From assembly GCA_030141605.1 (NCBI GenBank), contig JAQGDQ010000026.1, positions 744,001 to 808,000 of the forward strand: a stretch of DNA of 64,000 nucleotides. Direction: 5' to 3'. Under the pieces are notes generated by a model. That model was not told the origin of the DNA and did not search any database. It saw only the letters and a list, made by a program, of their open reading frames with translations. Of this stretch, positions 27,996 to 43,200 are shown one piece after another; the stretch's first letter is position 1, and every line of letters starts with the position of its first letter. Both the position numbers and the translations under genes were made by a program. The stretch is from Tubiluchus corallicola. Taxonomy: Eukaryota; Animalia; Priapulida.

Positions 27996-28090
27996 GATCT
28001 CACTTGTCTCACTTGTTAGAAATTTTAGCTACTTTTCATCCAGGATCACCTCACTTCAGTTACTTGTTAGATATTTTAGCTACTTTTCAT
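27996..28090. repeat. Short imperfect direct duplication (~50 bp)
   Basis: ACTTGTTAGA(A/T)ATTTTAGCTACTTTTCAT occurs twice, each copy preceded by CTCACTT. Confidence 0.8.
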
Positions 28091-28730
28091 ATTGGTGCGA
28101 CGGCAAAATGCTATTTACTGTCACCCTCACCACCACATTGTGATGATTCAGTGCATTACGAAGCCTTGCATATCAGAACTGCATAGCAGATATAAGTAGC
28201 TGATAAGGAATGGGCTTGTCCGTTCAACTGGCTACCGGACAATTACGATTAACATCTCTGCACCTGTTCCATACAACTAATATGGAGTACACACTGTACA
28301 CTGAATTGTGCAGAGTATATTTTACAAAAATTCTCTCCGTTCTTTAGTTTCTCTAATGTTTTACAATAACATGATGTGAACTAACGTTATTAGCACCATC
28401 CGGTCAACATCACAATGTTATTGTAACGAGCGATGAATCGTACAAAATCTGCACAATTTTTTCCACGACAGTAGATGATAAAATTATTTTAGTTTACAGT
28501 ACTTCCACTTGCTTTATAAGTGCATATCGAGTTATTCATTATACTGCAAATACGAAATGAAAAAAAAAACACATCTGCTAACCTTTGCGTTTGACCCTGA
28601 AAATTGCCACCCAGAATCAATTAAATCAATTAGCTCTCTGTTATGTTTTACTTGATACGACAACTTTTCATCAGAGCTACAAATTAATGTAAAATAGAAA
28701 ACATACTTTCCTGGGGATCAATAATTCCAA

Positions 28731-31157
28731 TTTATTTAATATCTGGATCAGTCAATTTTCCTATATCTTGATTTTCCCAAAGTACTTGATGTGTAGTAGA
28801 TATGCAAGTGTTTCATATCACTACTGCTTGGTAGTCAAAGTTTTACCTTGTCAAAAAGTACTTGTGGTGTACAATTTTGTAAATTTTCATTCTTTTGAAA
28901 ATGTACAAAATGAGAGTTTCATTTAGACTGTTTAAATAGTGATCAAACACGAGGCTTTTGACGCCCCTACTGATGTTTTTATTTAATAATGCACTAATAA
29001 ATTAATTAGAATAAACCATACATAATAAAGGAATGACAAACTGCACTGCAGTAGTTTGCACTTGAGAAAGTTGAATTAAGCGGACAAGCAGTACATAAGT
29101 TTCATAAATATGAAATTAGATAATAAATAAGTGTAAGCCCCCCTTTCGAAGTACTGTCCATCTGCAGCCCACTTCCATGCTGTTTTCACTCTTTCACACA
29201 TGCAGTGAAAAAAGCTTCCATCGACCTTTTTTTAGCACAGAAATAAAAGATTTCACTCAATATAAATGATTAAAAACAACGTGATGACATGTTGTCTCAG
29301 TAAAGGCAGTGGTGCAATAATCTACAGAGTGAGGCCTGTCATTCAAAGGAAAGGGGGAAGCTTGCATTTTTTTGAAAACGAATGAGTCTGTAAAACAGAA
29401 ATGAAAGAGTTCACAGCAGATGCCTGCATCAAAAGGAATACTAGTATATTGGTGTTCTCACGAAACTGGTGATTTATTTGCAAATAAATATACAACCTGG
29501 AAATTGTTAATATTTTTCCTATTTTAAATACAAAGCTTAAGTAATACATTAAAAGCCAACAAATATATGACACAATGACTTGAATTTTTTATTGAAAATA
29601 GCAGCTATACAAGTGTGACCAAAAAGAAATTTAACATGCATTTTTTTTATTTAACTTTTTGGGAAGACATGGCATAGTAGTTAAAAAAATGAACAAAAAA
29701 TCATTTGTATTGATGATTTAAGCACAGTTAACAGAACTTTTTTGTTGTACAATTAGTTTGAATTCTTGATCACTAAGAAAATATACTATAAGTTTTAAAA
29801 TAGTCGAAACATAAATTGCAGAAATGTGCTAACTGAAATAATTTGCTTAACCTAATTTTACTGGACAGCATTGAAAAAATTCTACTACCATGTTTCAGCT
29901 GTTACACTTTTAATTTAACTTTGTTTTAATCAAGCAACAGCATTGAGTAGATAAGTATCAGAAGTGATCATAATGGTGTATCTCAGACAAAAATAAAAAA
30001 TCATCTTTACATATAAAGTGTTGAAATTTAATAAAGAAATTTAAGCACAATTAGGATTTTAGACAACAGTGGTGACTATCATAATACAATTATCACCTTA
30101 ATATAAAGACAACATAACAGACTTTAGGTAAACATCTATAACTGGAATGAAAATATTCATACTTTTGATTTAACTATGCAAAACCATACAAAAATAGCTC
30201 AACATTGTCCATATACAAATCAACTTCATAATGGATAAATAAAATATATGTGGCAAAGTTTACCATCAAGCAACTTACAAAGCTTTATATATTTATAGAT
30301 CACAAATAGTAATTTTAGTAAATAGTAAGTTTAGTTATTATTGTAAGCTAAACTTAATAGCAATTATTTAAAATTCAGCGAAGTGGGCTTTTGTAATTTT
30401 AAGGTGGTTCAACATTTGAATTGTCTGTTCAGCTACAACAAACATTTGTTTGCGGAGAAGCAACATACAGAAGTATTTGCAATTAAACTTCATCATAAAA
30501 TATTTTTCTAAATTTGAACTAGAAACACATCACGTTAGCAATGCATTATATTAAATTATTGCAGCCATATACTTTTCCACTATGTTGATGATGTAATGAC
30601 TACAAAAAACAAGTTGTGTTATAATACGCATTCTTTACAACTGATTCAAATTATATGTTGAATCTTTATAAGCCAAGAACATAAAAATCATAATTTAATA
30701 ACCATTTAGTGAAAGTGAAACTATATAAGTATATATAAACAGATACCATGATGATACATTAAAAATGCACAAAAACATTTAAATGGCTGACACAAACAAA
30801 ATAGACCAAGAATGAGGCCATTTTGCATAAGTTCTTTCAAGATGCTTCATTGTACCTATCCGTTCCAGTAAGACCTTGCACATTTTTATCAACAAAAACT
30901 CAACAACAAAAATAGTATGCAACAAAAACACAACGAGAAAAATCAAACGACAACGAAAAGTCTTTAAAAGTTCAAAAGCTATAGCTGTTTCAAAATATGT
31001 TATTTGAACTTCAAAAGTAAGTTGAGATATGAAAGCACAGTTGTTACCAATTCAAAGAAAATCTGTTTAAAACTTTTAAATACAATATTGTACATAAGAG
31101 ACCCATAGCAAGCAAAGAAAACTGTATTTACCAGTAGGAAACGAGCAATAGGAAGAA
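28731..31157 (-). other. Probable SNX6 3' UTR region (end uncertain)
   Basis: U-rich on the minus strand downstream of the stop. Candidate AATAAA signals at 29588-29593, 28978-28983 and 28731-28736; the sequence does not show which is used. Confidence 0.4.
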
Positions 31158-31220
31158 TTAGGCTTCAACTTCAGCTTCTTTTAATGATGCTATCGTGTTC
31201 TTCAATAACTGCAGATGAGC
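31158..31220 (-). CDS. SNX6: SNX6 terminal coding exon ([20 protein letters not shown])
   Basis: tttttcttAG acceptor, TAA stop at 31160-31158. Confidence 0.92.
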   Translation of the reverse strand, partial: AHLQLLKNTIASLKEAEVEA

Positions 31221-34200
31221 CTAAGAAAAACAGCAACATCTGAATGAATTATACCACAGCAATTACACAGTTGTAATTTGTTCTTAGTTGTATTATCTTG
31301 TAACTAAAGTTTGTTATCATTGCAAACGAAAAGGATTACACAATTTGAAGAAAATAAACTTTTAGTAGAAAAATGAAAGTAAGCGAAAAGTATAATGTAC
31401 AAGAACCACATTTATCATTATGACATAAAAATACTGATTTAATGTGTGGCACATTTAAGAATACTCAAAGAAAATAATAAAAACTACTAAGAAATGAAGA
31501 CTACTAACAACATGACGCTTTTTTAGACACTAAAAACAAGTTAATTAGATAAAATCAATAAGGATGTCTTACCAAACGCAGCAACTTACTTTTGCGTGCT
31601 TCACCTCTAATTCTGCAGCATCCACAAGGTTCTTCTTGAACATTTGTACCCTTCGCGTTCGAAAATCACCGAGTTCTTTCAAAAAAGAAAAACAATTAAA
31701 TCATTACAGAACAACTATAAATAACCTAGGTGTTTTACAACACATCATGACTAAGTTTTTTGTTCATTTTATAAACAGTAACAACAAGTATCAACAAACA
31801 TCACTGTTTTCCTAATACAATCCATTATGTAAGCAACTGAGATAGAAAGATGTGTAATTCTGATTGCAAATACACATCAGAGATGAGCTCGATCCACATT
31901 AATTTTAGGTTTATTTTCACCAAGGCCACTGAGTCCATAGAAGCAGGACCTGATGGTTAAAAGTTTAAAACGTGAACCTACGGGAGACTTGTATTTCTTT
32001 TTCCTAACAGGTACCAAAACCACTACATATATGCATGACTAAAGCATTAATACGATATGCATAACACACTGAGGAAAAGCAGTTTTTTAGATAATAAATC
32101 AAATAATGGCACTGATAGGCAAACTCAATTATAGTAAGCAGAGAAAAAAGGATTGTTTGATAATATATGCCACTGATAATAAATAATAACTGTACTGCAT
32201 ATTTTCGACTCATGAAAATCACAAAAGAGTATATAGCATTATATACTTGAGCTGGGTCTATGGACTGACAATTAAATTTGGCTCATGTGAAGTTTAACTT
32301 CAATACGACAACAATAAATAAGATGGCATAGCTATACTGTACAATTATATTATTAAAGTATTCAAATCTGACCCACATACCAGATTTTGCTATTTCTGAA
32401 ATGTGATAGAACTTCTCTCGTGCTGTCTGCTGAGCATTTTCAGCCTAAAATACAAACATCATCTAGAATATTGCATAAATTTAATTAAATTGTACATACT
32501 TATTTGTAGAATGCAGATAAGAAACAATAGTTTCATGACACACAATACCCATAATACCAGATGCAATAAGCCGATAGACGGCCCACTAGATTCTGCTCTG
32601 TGAGTGGCTTAAACCAAATATTAACAATGACAAATGTTGCTCTTTGTAAAGTCTGCAGATTGGTAAAAAAATGTAAACTTGCACATTACTTTCTGTATAA
32701 TGTTAACACTGTAGACTTGCTCATCATTAATATAGTTTGATTTAATCCCATGCAGGTTTGTATTTATCGCAACAAAATTGACTTTAAGGAGATTATTGAT
32801 TAATGAAGATTATTATGGCATAGCAACTTAAATGGGTTTCGGATGACAAAGAATATATAAGATAGACACTGATATGAAAGTCAAGAAGTGTTTTTATTAA
32901 GGCATGAGTGTAAATCAAATGGCACAGTATCAAAAACTAAATTTGTTAAGTATTACATGCAGCATATCAAATAGGACAATAATTTTGGCAGATAAACTGT
33001 CAAAATAATAAGATAATGTATTACATGTACTTGTAATAAAAAAGGAGTTCTTAACTTGTTTAAAGTCACTGAGTGACAGAGACTTGTATTAAAAGCTTCT
33101 TAACTGAAAAATTCTTATGTGTAACTTACTTGCTGCACTTCTTTGTGTTTGAGCCTCGCTTTCTCTAGCGCTTTGTTAGCATTCTCAAAATTAGCTAAGC
33201 ACCTGAGTCTACGATATAGTAATTCCTGAAAAAGAAGACATCTTGTTACTGTATGAATATATCAACTGCAAAAACTGCTATCACCATCACCAATGTGATT
33301 TTACTTTAAGAAAAGTCTGAATTAACACCATTATACAAATTAACTCGACATACCTTAGCAGCAGAGGAGTCCCGCATGTAGTATCGCAATGTATCTGATA
33401 TCTTCAAATCCTGGTCGGAAGCAACTCTACCTTCTAATTGCTAGCAAACACAAACAAGTACCTATGAACTAACAGGTAAGTCATACAAAAATTAACGAAA
33501 ACACAATTTTTTCAGTTTTATCGAAGAATGTATTGACATTGTGTCCCCACTTTTTATCATTCGAAATCATTAAAATTTCTTCACTGGCATTATCAGCAAC
33601 ATTAATAAGCTGCCGTAAAAATCGTTATATTATAGCAATTTAAACTGCAATGGAATTGAAAGACATACCCTGGCTTTTTCAAACCCAGCACCAGTTGTGT
33701 TGAGAAACCTAGAATAAATATGCAGTTTTTAGTATTACAAGTTTGCAATTTTTTTATTAAAAAATCTCTAGCTCTTCAGATAGTTTATATTCAACTTTTT
33801 CAAGTGCCAGAACAAAACTTTTGACTAAAATTGTTTAGCGAGTGTCAGGCAAAAAAAAATTCAGAACACGTGGCAGACAGATGCAACAGTAGTACAAGAT
33901 GCTGAATTAAACACAATAAAGTGCAAGAAATTTTCAGTAAGTGAGTTGTAACACCATATGAAAATAGTTGCTGGCTGATTATGACAACTACCCATACTAC
34001 TTCCCACAGATGACTTAGTTGTTACCAGTTAAAAGTTTAGCAGTGTTGCTTCAGTGGTTTATTTTCTGGCCCTAATAAAATAAAGCAAATATCACATTGT
34101 TACATACTTTCCCAGAGTTCCATTTTCTATTGTTGCCAACTGCACTAATCCACCTGATATTTTTATGTAACAATCAGCCACACCTACAAGTATTATAAAT

Positions 34201-37200
34201 GAAAATTAAGGTTTCATGAAAAGGAGTCGATGCACTAATAGTCATCGAGAAATAATAACATTAATAAGATGATGTTTCAAAACAAATCTGTTCAACTTGA
34301 AAGCAATTACTCTCTGGTGTTTTGCCTGCTCAAATAAAAATTGTAGGAAAAGTCCTAAAAATGTTGAAAGAAATGGACTTGGAACAAGGCTGTCATTACT
34401 GTCAAAATTTTGCATTTTTATGCAGTTTTTCTGGTCTGATACATTTACACATGGAAAGATAAAAATATACACATGATATAAAGATAAAAGATAAACACAT
34501 GGTGTTTACATCTTAAATTCAGGATCTGCAAAAATTGTTAAAATCTATCTCGCTCAATCAGTACCTTAAAATTATTGTAAATTACTGAATGAGAGTTCAA
34601 GATTCATAAAATAATTTGCATCATCACTATGTTGTTGCATTCATGTATACCGTAATCAACGATGAATCATTTGCCGGCGATGAATAATAACACAAAAATG
34701 AACATTGAAAAATTATATTTGACTACAGGAAACATGCATAATAAAACAGTGCAACAATAAATTTAGACATTGCTGCTGTAGTGAATTTTGTAGCAGTAAT
34801 TTTTAAAATGTTAAACACTTTCAGTAATTACAATTTGGCGATTTTTGGACTTTATTTGTGACATTTGTCTCTGACTCTCACTGCTTCTATGTAAAACTGC
34901 AAATGATTGTTTTTGCACAAGAGGTTAAAAAGTTTTGCTTCAAACAAAAATACCAATATGCAAAGGTTTGACATCTACAATCCCTTAGTTACACCAGACA
35001 GATGTAGCACCAGACAAACTTCATTCATACATTCTCCAAGCCAAGCTGCAAAACAATCAAGCACCACACAAAACTGAGTTCTGCCGGCAAACTTTTTTAA
35101 CTGGGAAAGTAAATCCTATAATTGAATATTCCAAGCAAACTTTTGCTCGATATGTCTAACATTGCCATCCCATTTTAAATTTTTGGTTTTAAAACAATTA
35201 GAGATATATGTATCGAAAGTCTATATCTCATGTTTCTCTGCATAAACATTAGACAAAACAGCACAATACAAGGAATGCAAATGGCAAATCTGAGCTATTC
35301 CACAAACTCACCCTTATGTGTAGCTGTCATCTTATCCGCCTTCGATGTAGCATCCTTGATCCGCAAATAGTATTCTTCCAAGAAATTCTTTTCTCGCTCA
35401 AAATAGTCATCCACCTCCTAAAAATATTTGTCCAGCTCATATCAATCATAATTTGGCTCTTCAAACATTTCCATATACTAAAGGAAAACACGACTAAGAA
35501 CAAGATATAAAGTATGTAATGTAATTATGATTGATGATTGCTAATCATGATCAATACTGTTTCTTCTTTTTATTAAATATGTCACTGCAATTATTATGTG
35601 TCATGGTCCAAGTTTTAGCAATGTAGTATATTTATTAGATGATGGTTTTTTTAATGATTCACATAAATAATGCAGTGCAGTTACAAAAAGATGTACAAAA
35701 ATCTAGGTTCTCTTTGTGATTTCGCTCTTAATACAGTAGACTTTCACTTTAACTTTCACCTCTTGCCTTGCACTGTAGTTCAAGAAGAACATTTATATGT
35801 GCCAGTCTCAAAATTAAAGGAAAAAAACAATAAAAGACAATGAAGCCATAAATTAACTATCAGATACTACAGGTGGCTGATTCAATAACTGATGTTTTTT
35901 GCCACCTCTTCCCACTTGTCTATGTGTTTTTTTTATTGGCATAAAAATTATTTGATTTGATTAGATAATCATGTCACTAAGGTACCTTTTGGTTGGCTAA
36001 TAATACTTCATCGGCCGATTTTGTGATGTTTTTAAAAAATCCACCAAGCTTCTCTTTCTTATTCTTGCCTCGCACACTTAGCTGAAATAACAATCAACTT
36101 TGTATTCTACCCATTGCAATATGACACATAATATTGATGTATCTCACCGTTGACATTTGAGGAATGCAATACATGGCGCAAATTTAATGTCGGTCCAACC
36201 AGAAATCTGCCCGAAGACAGGCAGAAGTTGTCTGTACACCAGTGCTCGTAGCCGGTAAACTAAGCTTGTATTTGTTATGAGTCGACATAACAATTAGTGA
36301 TGTGCCACTTACACAACATTGTAATGTTTACAGCATTCTTTAAATTATCTAAATGATTGTCTAAAGAGCATCTAAATGTCAAATCACAAAAAATTTTCAC
36401 TCACACGTTACCACGAGGATGCCACTGTGTTTCGCAGACACAGGCTAGATTTGTACCACTTGGCTTACACTCGCACTAAGCGAACTGTTTGAAAAGGCCA
36501 AAGTACGAAACAAAACAAGCGAAATGCAAGAATATTTTGCTAAAATGTTTGCAGTTACTTTCACACAAAATTCAATAAGGAGACTGATTTTTGCTTGTTA
36601 AAAACTCTGTTATATTCACTTCTTATGGTGCAATTTGATGTAATTACTCATCAGCCATGAAGCACGTGTACTTGATTGCAAAAAGTAAAAACGGTGTCAC
36701 ATGGGAGTTTTTTATGAAAATGACTTGAATGAGGAATTTACTGTTTAGTACAGACTGGGCAGAAAAAACATAAGCACGTGCATAAGGAAAAATATGTTAT
36801 GTGGTCAAATTGCTATACAAAATAAATGTTGTACAGAATTGTTTACGTATTGAAAAAATGGGACAGGCAAATTTTTGTGGGGGCAGGCAGACTTTTTAGC
36901 TGCTTGTACCCATTTTTGGGAGAAAAAATTGCTAACTTTGCACCCTGCAATATTCTGTTGAACAAATGAATACAAAACAAGTTGAAACAAATCTTGTAAT
37001 AACTTACATATGAATTAGTTCATTTCAGTATCAACAAAGACACTAATCTAACAGACAATTCTGGTAAAAGCAAGTCCGACAGCCATAAATTTGTCTGGAG
37101 CGGCTGCAATTTGTAAAGTGTACAAAAATTGGGACTCCATATTTTACCTTATAACTGCTCTTAGTCACCTATTTGCCCAAAATAACCAATTCAGTGCCAT

Positions 37201-40200
37201 GTACCAGATTTCTACACCCTCTATCATTCAAGTCAGTTTTAATCACCTACTGTTAAAACCCTGCAAGGAGATAAAGTTTGCGAAAAACTGACTCATCCGA
37301 GATTACCAACCACTTTACCAAAGTCGGTCTATTATTGAGCAGTATAAACTACATAAATTTGGTTGCCCAAATGCTTACAGTTTTGCCACATTTTCAAACT
37401 GTCTATCTTCCTCATTGTTATAATCCCACATCAAAATTTCTATGGCCTTGTAGGCAAAAAGAACATAGTTGTTTAAAATTTGTCGCAGATCTCAGAAAAG
37501 TATTCTAGTATCACTCTTTCAATTGATATATGAAAATGTAAACTGACAATGCGTGCAAAAACAGCCAAGTAAATTTTTCTTCTAAAATTTCCATGCTGAA
37601 AAAACACGCACATACTTTGTGAAACACGAAACATGTATTTTACCTCTTGGTCATATTCGAGAAACACTTTGAAGTTGTGATTATTCCTAAGAACTGGATG
37701 TGCAGCAATTCGCTGCAGGAATACTTCGTGCATTGCTACTGTCTTCTTAAACGTTGCTAGATACTCACTAAAATAAAAAAACTGACAAAATATACTTACT
37801 ATGTAGCAGACAGTAATATATGATAAAAAGTCTTGTTTCGGCTTAAAGTTTTTCTAAGAAATTTCACCAAAATGTTTCAAAATTCGGTTTTGATTCTGTT
37901 TGTTTAAATAAATTCTGTCACAACCGGTAAAAATTCGTTTTTATAATTTGTCTTTTTGTCCGACGAACATCGCCATTAAGCAATACAACCCAGCCTGGCA
38001 AAAACAACCGACGATTTTTCAATAAAACTGTTTACGTGTGTGTAGCTTGAACTAGTTTTGTAAAATTTTGCCATTTGAGATGATGCGCGTGGATGACGTA
38101 GAAGTCGCTCACTTGTCGACCTCTTCATTTCTATGATGCACGTACACATGGTTTTCTTGTTAATTAACTTAGCAGAAGAAATTGTGAATAGTGCACAGCT
38201 TTAGAATTATTGTCAACATTGTTCAGTGAATTTAGTGTAGCTGTGTCAAGCAAGTGCAGGTAAATGATGAGTATCAAACATAAACATAAAAAGCTGCTGA
38301 GGCCACTTGTAACTATTGAAATTTATTACTATAAGTTACTAATTGGTTAAGGTAAAAAACATATTGTGAAATTTGGCTCAATTCGGTTTTGGTGAAAAAA
38401 AAATTGTGAAATTCGACTCAATTCAGTTTCAGCAAAACAAAATTGTAGAAACACAGTTTAAATTCGGTTCAGCCGAAAAAAGATTTGAAAATTTCGGTAT
38501 CTGTTCGGTTCGATAAAATTAGGTTTTGGTGCATCCCTGATTTGGGAATCACTGTTCAGAAATAAGCATTGTTTGACTGTTTCCAAATTTCAACCACTTT
38601 TTCTGATTTCAAAGTACAAACAAGGACTAATCACAGACCCTTTTCATCTGGCAAAATGGTTTCAAATGTTTTGAGCAAAACGATTTCACCATACCGTTTT
38701 CAAAGTAGTTTCAGTGTTCATACGATAATGGACTAAACCATTTGGTTTCAGTGTTCACAAGAAGACCGACCAAACCGTTTGGTTTGAGTATTCACATGGC
38801 CACTGGGCAAACCATTTGAATTTGTCAACATTTGATTTCACATTTGAATAGTGTGGTGCTAGTGTTTCTTGATACTTCATCCAACCTTTTGTGTTTCTGC
38901 ACCAAAAGATTTTGGCATTATCCACATTTAAAACACTTGCAAACTAAACACTAAAACGGTTTCATAACAGTTTAAACCAGAAAAATGTACATGTTATTTG
39001 ACATTAAACAAAGAGTTAAACTTCGTTATTTTCACTCACGCTTCCAGCTCCTTCTTCATCTTACTGAACTCTTCCTTGGTCATGCTACCTTCGCCCTCGC
39101 CCAACTTCTGCAGCTTTTCCCGAGATGCATCAAAATCTGGTCGAGGAGGTGCAGGTGGTATCTAGAATGTTTCATGACCCAAGTGAGCAAATGTTTATGT
39201 TAACACATAAAACGATTCAAAAAAGGTATGAAACGGACCTAATAATCAGTGAGTTGACCAATTTTAGTGTACTGGACATACTTTCAAAGTATTTTTCAAA
39301 CATTTATCAGATTAAATTTGTAAGATGCCATTCAGTAATATTTAACATACATTTTCAAAAAACGAGCATAACAAAATGAAAAGTGTTACACTGGAATATA
39401 ATTTGCATTCTATCTATAAAAAATAGAACAGAACAGAAAAACTCTTGTCAGCAAATTTCATCCTATAAACAATGTGGAACCATGCATTATATCTCATTTG
39501 ATGCATGTTTCAATGATGACTTCTTCGACAGTTAATTTATGCTTCAATATAAGCAAAGTTCCATATTATTTGTTAAATTATACTATTTTGGGTCGTCGAC
39601 CAATCAATATTCAGGTCAACAGCTTGTAGGTACGTGTATTTTAACGAGTCATCAACCACTATTCAAAACTGTAAGGTTCAGAAAGTTTAAGAAGTGACAA
39701 TCAAATACTAGTTCTCAAACTAATGCAAGATGTGACCATTTTTCCACATAGTTAATTTCAAATAAATTAAAACATCAGTAAATCAATATTGCTTAAAGTT
39801 TACCACATATCCAGCAAATTCCTCGTTCTCTACGAATCTGTCATGAAGCCATATAAACTCTTCATGTTGCCTCACAACTGAGAACTCCGTCTGAGCAAAA
39901 TCAGGCAAAGTTGTCTTAAAAAATATAACAAAAAATATAATAATATTCTGTAATTTATTAACATCCATAAACACCATTAGCTAAAGCTTATTATACAATA
40001 ATTCTTCGTTTAAAATCAAAAGTTGAAATAATTTTTTTTGATAAAAACAGTAACACAAAAGATAAGATTCCTAAGATCAGTTATTCACTGCAGGAAATTT
40101 GTGACAGCTGCCATTACACGAAGCGCATCAATATAGATAGCAGAAAATTACACATAAAAATTGGTCTGCAATTATCAGTATTATAATATCATTTATAGTA

Positions 40201-43200
40201 CCATGGTCTGCAATGATAAACTAAGAGTATCATAATAATCGAAATATTTATATAAATGTTAGCTGTTCTCAGCCATAAAGCGGAGATACCAGGAGAACAC
40301 ATTCAGTTTGACACACCCCAACTGCTAACTGGCAGCTTCTAGCATTTCAACTAGTGTTGCATACTCCTCCATTGATTATTTCAATCCCTTCACTGAAAGC
40401 GACATTCAAAACACTGTACCATCATTTTTCCTTTACAATCCACATAATATCTATATGCTAACAGTCACACTATTTTTGGTAGGACAGGATAAGACAGGGC
40501 AACTGAAGCAAAACTACTCACACATTAATGGTTCAAGTCCTCAGCACATAAACTTAGTGATTTAACACTCAGTCCCAACAAAATGCTGGGCAAGACTGAT
40601 TGTGAAGGGAACAAAGAATGGACTACAAACAAATGGACAGACAAACCGGTAAGTGCAACCTCCATATTTTCATAAGCTTGAATATGATGAAGCATATTCC
40701 TTATTTAATGCAAGGAAGTGGGTCTTAAAATTCATAAGTTATGCCCTCTTTCACAACATCATATTTCTGAGGTAGATACTGGTACACTGTATTAGTAAAT
40801 CAGTACATTCATACATATACACCTCTGCTAGAAAAGAAACTCTACATTAAAGCTCTAGCAGGTGCTTTCTCAGAGATAACTTAAACTAAGTAATTGACCC
40901 TCATGCGGGGGAACCTATAAAAACCTCACTTTGAACACACACTCAGTTGATAGAAACTTGACACAATTATGAAAACCACAGTGGTAGTATTCGCAGTGTT
41001 GGCGGTCCAAGCCTATAGGTTTGCTGTTTACTCAGAAGGTGACTTAATATTTTTCATCTTACTTTTTTCTCTTTTGAATGAACAAATTATATGAAAATCA
41101 AACAGTTGCACCTTTAATTATTCTTACACTACAACTTGATTAATAGAAACTGAAAGCAAGGAGCACGTTAAGCCATTTGTTGCTAACTGCATGCTGTATA
41201 CTATTCACAAAGCTGGAGATGCAAGTGAAGTTGTGCCAAATAAGAGGAGAAAGTATTGATGTTGTACAGCAAGTTTATGATTGATAGGAGTGAACAATGA
41301 ACTCACATTGCCTACTGGTAACTGCTATTGACAATAATATTGTTTGTCACCTTTGTATAGAAAAATTAAAGAAAACTCTCCGTGTAATTATACAAATGCA
41401 CTCTAAGGCAGCAAGGCATCACTACCACAGTTCGATAAGATCAAGGTTTCTCTTATTTTGCGCAATTACTGGAGTCAAAGATGGCAAATATTTTCTTAAT
41501 TATATTTTTCTCTTTTAGAGTAAAATAAAATTGTTTTAAAACAGATCCAGGATGCATGTTTGAAGAAGTAGCATACAACATTGGAGAGAAGTTTTATCCA
41601 AACAGTGGCTGTATGGTGTGTACTTGCTATGCGGAGAACGCATATGGCTGTTTGACGTACGAAATAGTAACTGAGTTTTTTCACCATCCATTCTTGACTA
41701 CAATAATCTCGACTTCAGCATAAACTAAACAATTTTTATAAAAAAATGATACTAAGTATGCACCATTAAATCATTCCTGTGTTTAGCTGCCTCAACATTC
41801 AACAGGGATATTATCAAATGGAAACCTTTTGCAGAATTCATGAATTTTTTTTTTGGCGCTATATAACATAGACATAGACATAGACATTTTTATTTATCTC
41901 CTCATTTACACCTGTATACAAATTGACTAATTATTATTTTTTAGTTAATGATTAAAAAGGATAAATTAAGCATAAAGGAAAGAGTTAAGGGGGGTGCAGG
42001 AGAAAGGGTAGCGAAAGACCAATTGGTCATCGAGTCAGCTACCCTTCTCAGGTTAGTATTGTATGAAAGCTATATTGTGACTTACACATGTGTTTTGTTG
42101 CAAATGCTTATATGCAGTACAATACCATGTAGAATGCTGAAAAGAAACCTACTAAATCTTGACAAACAGTGGCTAAAAAATTTTATCACTAATTTTACAC
42201 TACTTATAATTAACAGTGTCCCAACAAAGCAAAAGCAATTGTTAGAATTTTGTCCACACTTGGTATGGCACATTAATTTTTTATACACTTTCCTCGGTCT
42301 ATATGAATTTGCAAAATTTTATTTTTACAGCTAAAGTAAAATTCATCACTTCATAAACAGCTCACAACATAAGAAATTTTATTATTTCTCTTATATTATT
42401 AAATTTTATTATTTTACTTATTAAATTTTATTTAATTTTTTAAATCATTCTTTATAGTGTTTCTAATGATGACTGCTAGTATGCAGCAGAAATTGAATTT
42501 TTCTAATAAAAATTTAATAAAATTTATTATATAATGGGTTGTTTTTGAAACAGATATTGTTTTTGCAATGAAGAATTTAAACATTTAACATTTTGCTTTC
42601 TACGAACATGTTGGGCAAAGCAATTGCACTTAAAAGTGGAAACACAATCACCAAGTCATAAATTCACTGTAGTAAGGCAATAAATATAAACATACAGCAG
42701 AGAAAGAAGCTTTTTTCTAAATAACAAACGGAACAAAATATATTGTTTTAACCAAATTTTTATAATTATGGTCATACTGCTAATTTAGTCATAGTGTATG
42801 AATCAAATACAGATGCCCGCCAGTTCCGTTACAACTTGGATGTGAAATCACAGATGGAGACACAGCTGCAAATTATCCAGGCTGTTGTGGAATGCCTGTC
42901 TGCAAGAAAAGTACTTTGAACTGATTCGATACCTGAAGTGAGCTTTTAAAGTAATTAGAATTATCGATTTTATGATGTTGTATTATTAGTTACATTAAGG
43001 CACTCGCGATTGGTGGCTAAAATACCGGAACCTATTTTACTTAGTTACCCAGGGCAAATTGAGTAAACTTGTGTGAAAACTGCATAAATTCCATAGCTGT
43101 ATCATTTCAATAATGATTGCTGAATCATTTTTTGCAAGAAAAGTCTTTTTAACACTTCGTACAGTTATCACCAATTAAAACCACACTGAAACCTGTATAC

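Noticed and set aside
34555-34630. Intronic C/D-box snoRNA (minus strand GTGATGA...CTGA, ~70 nt apart)
   Set aside because: No terminal stem and no recognisable rRNA antisense element; these motifs are expected by chance in AT-rich DNA.
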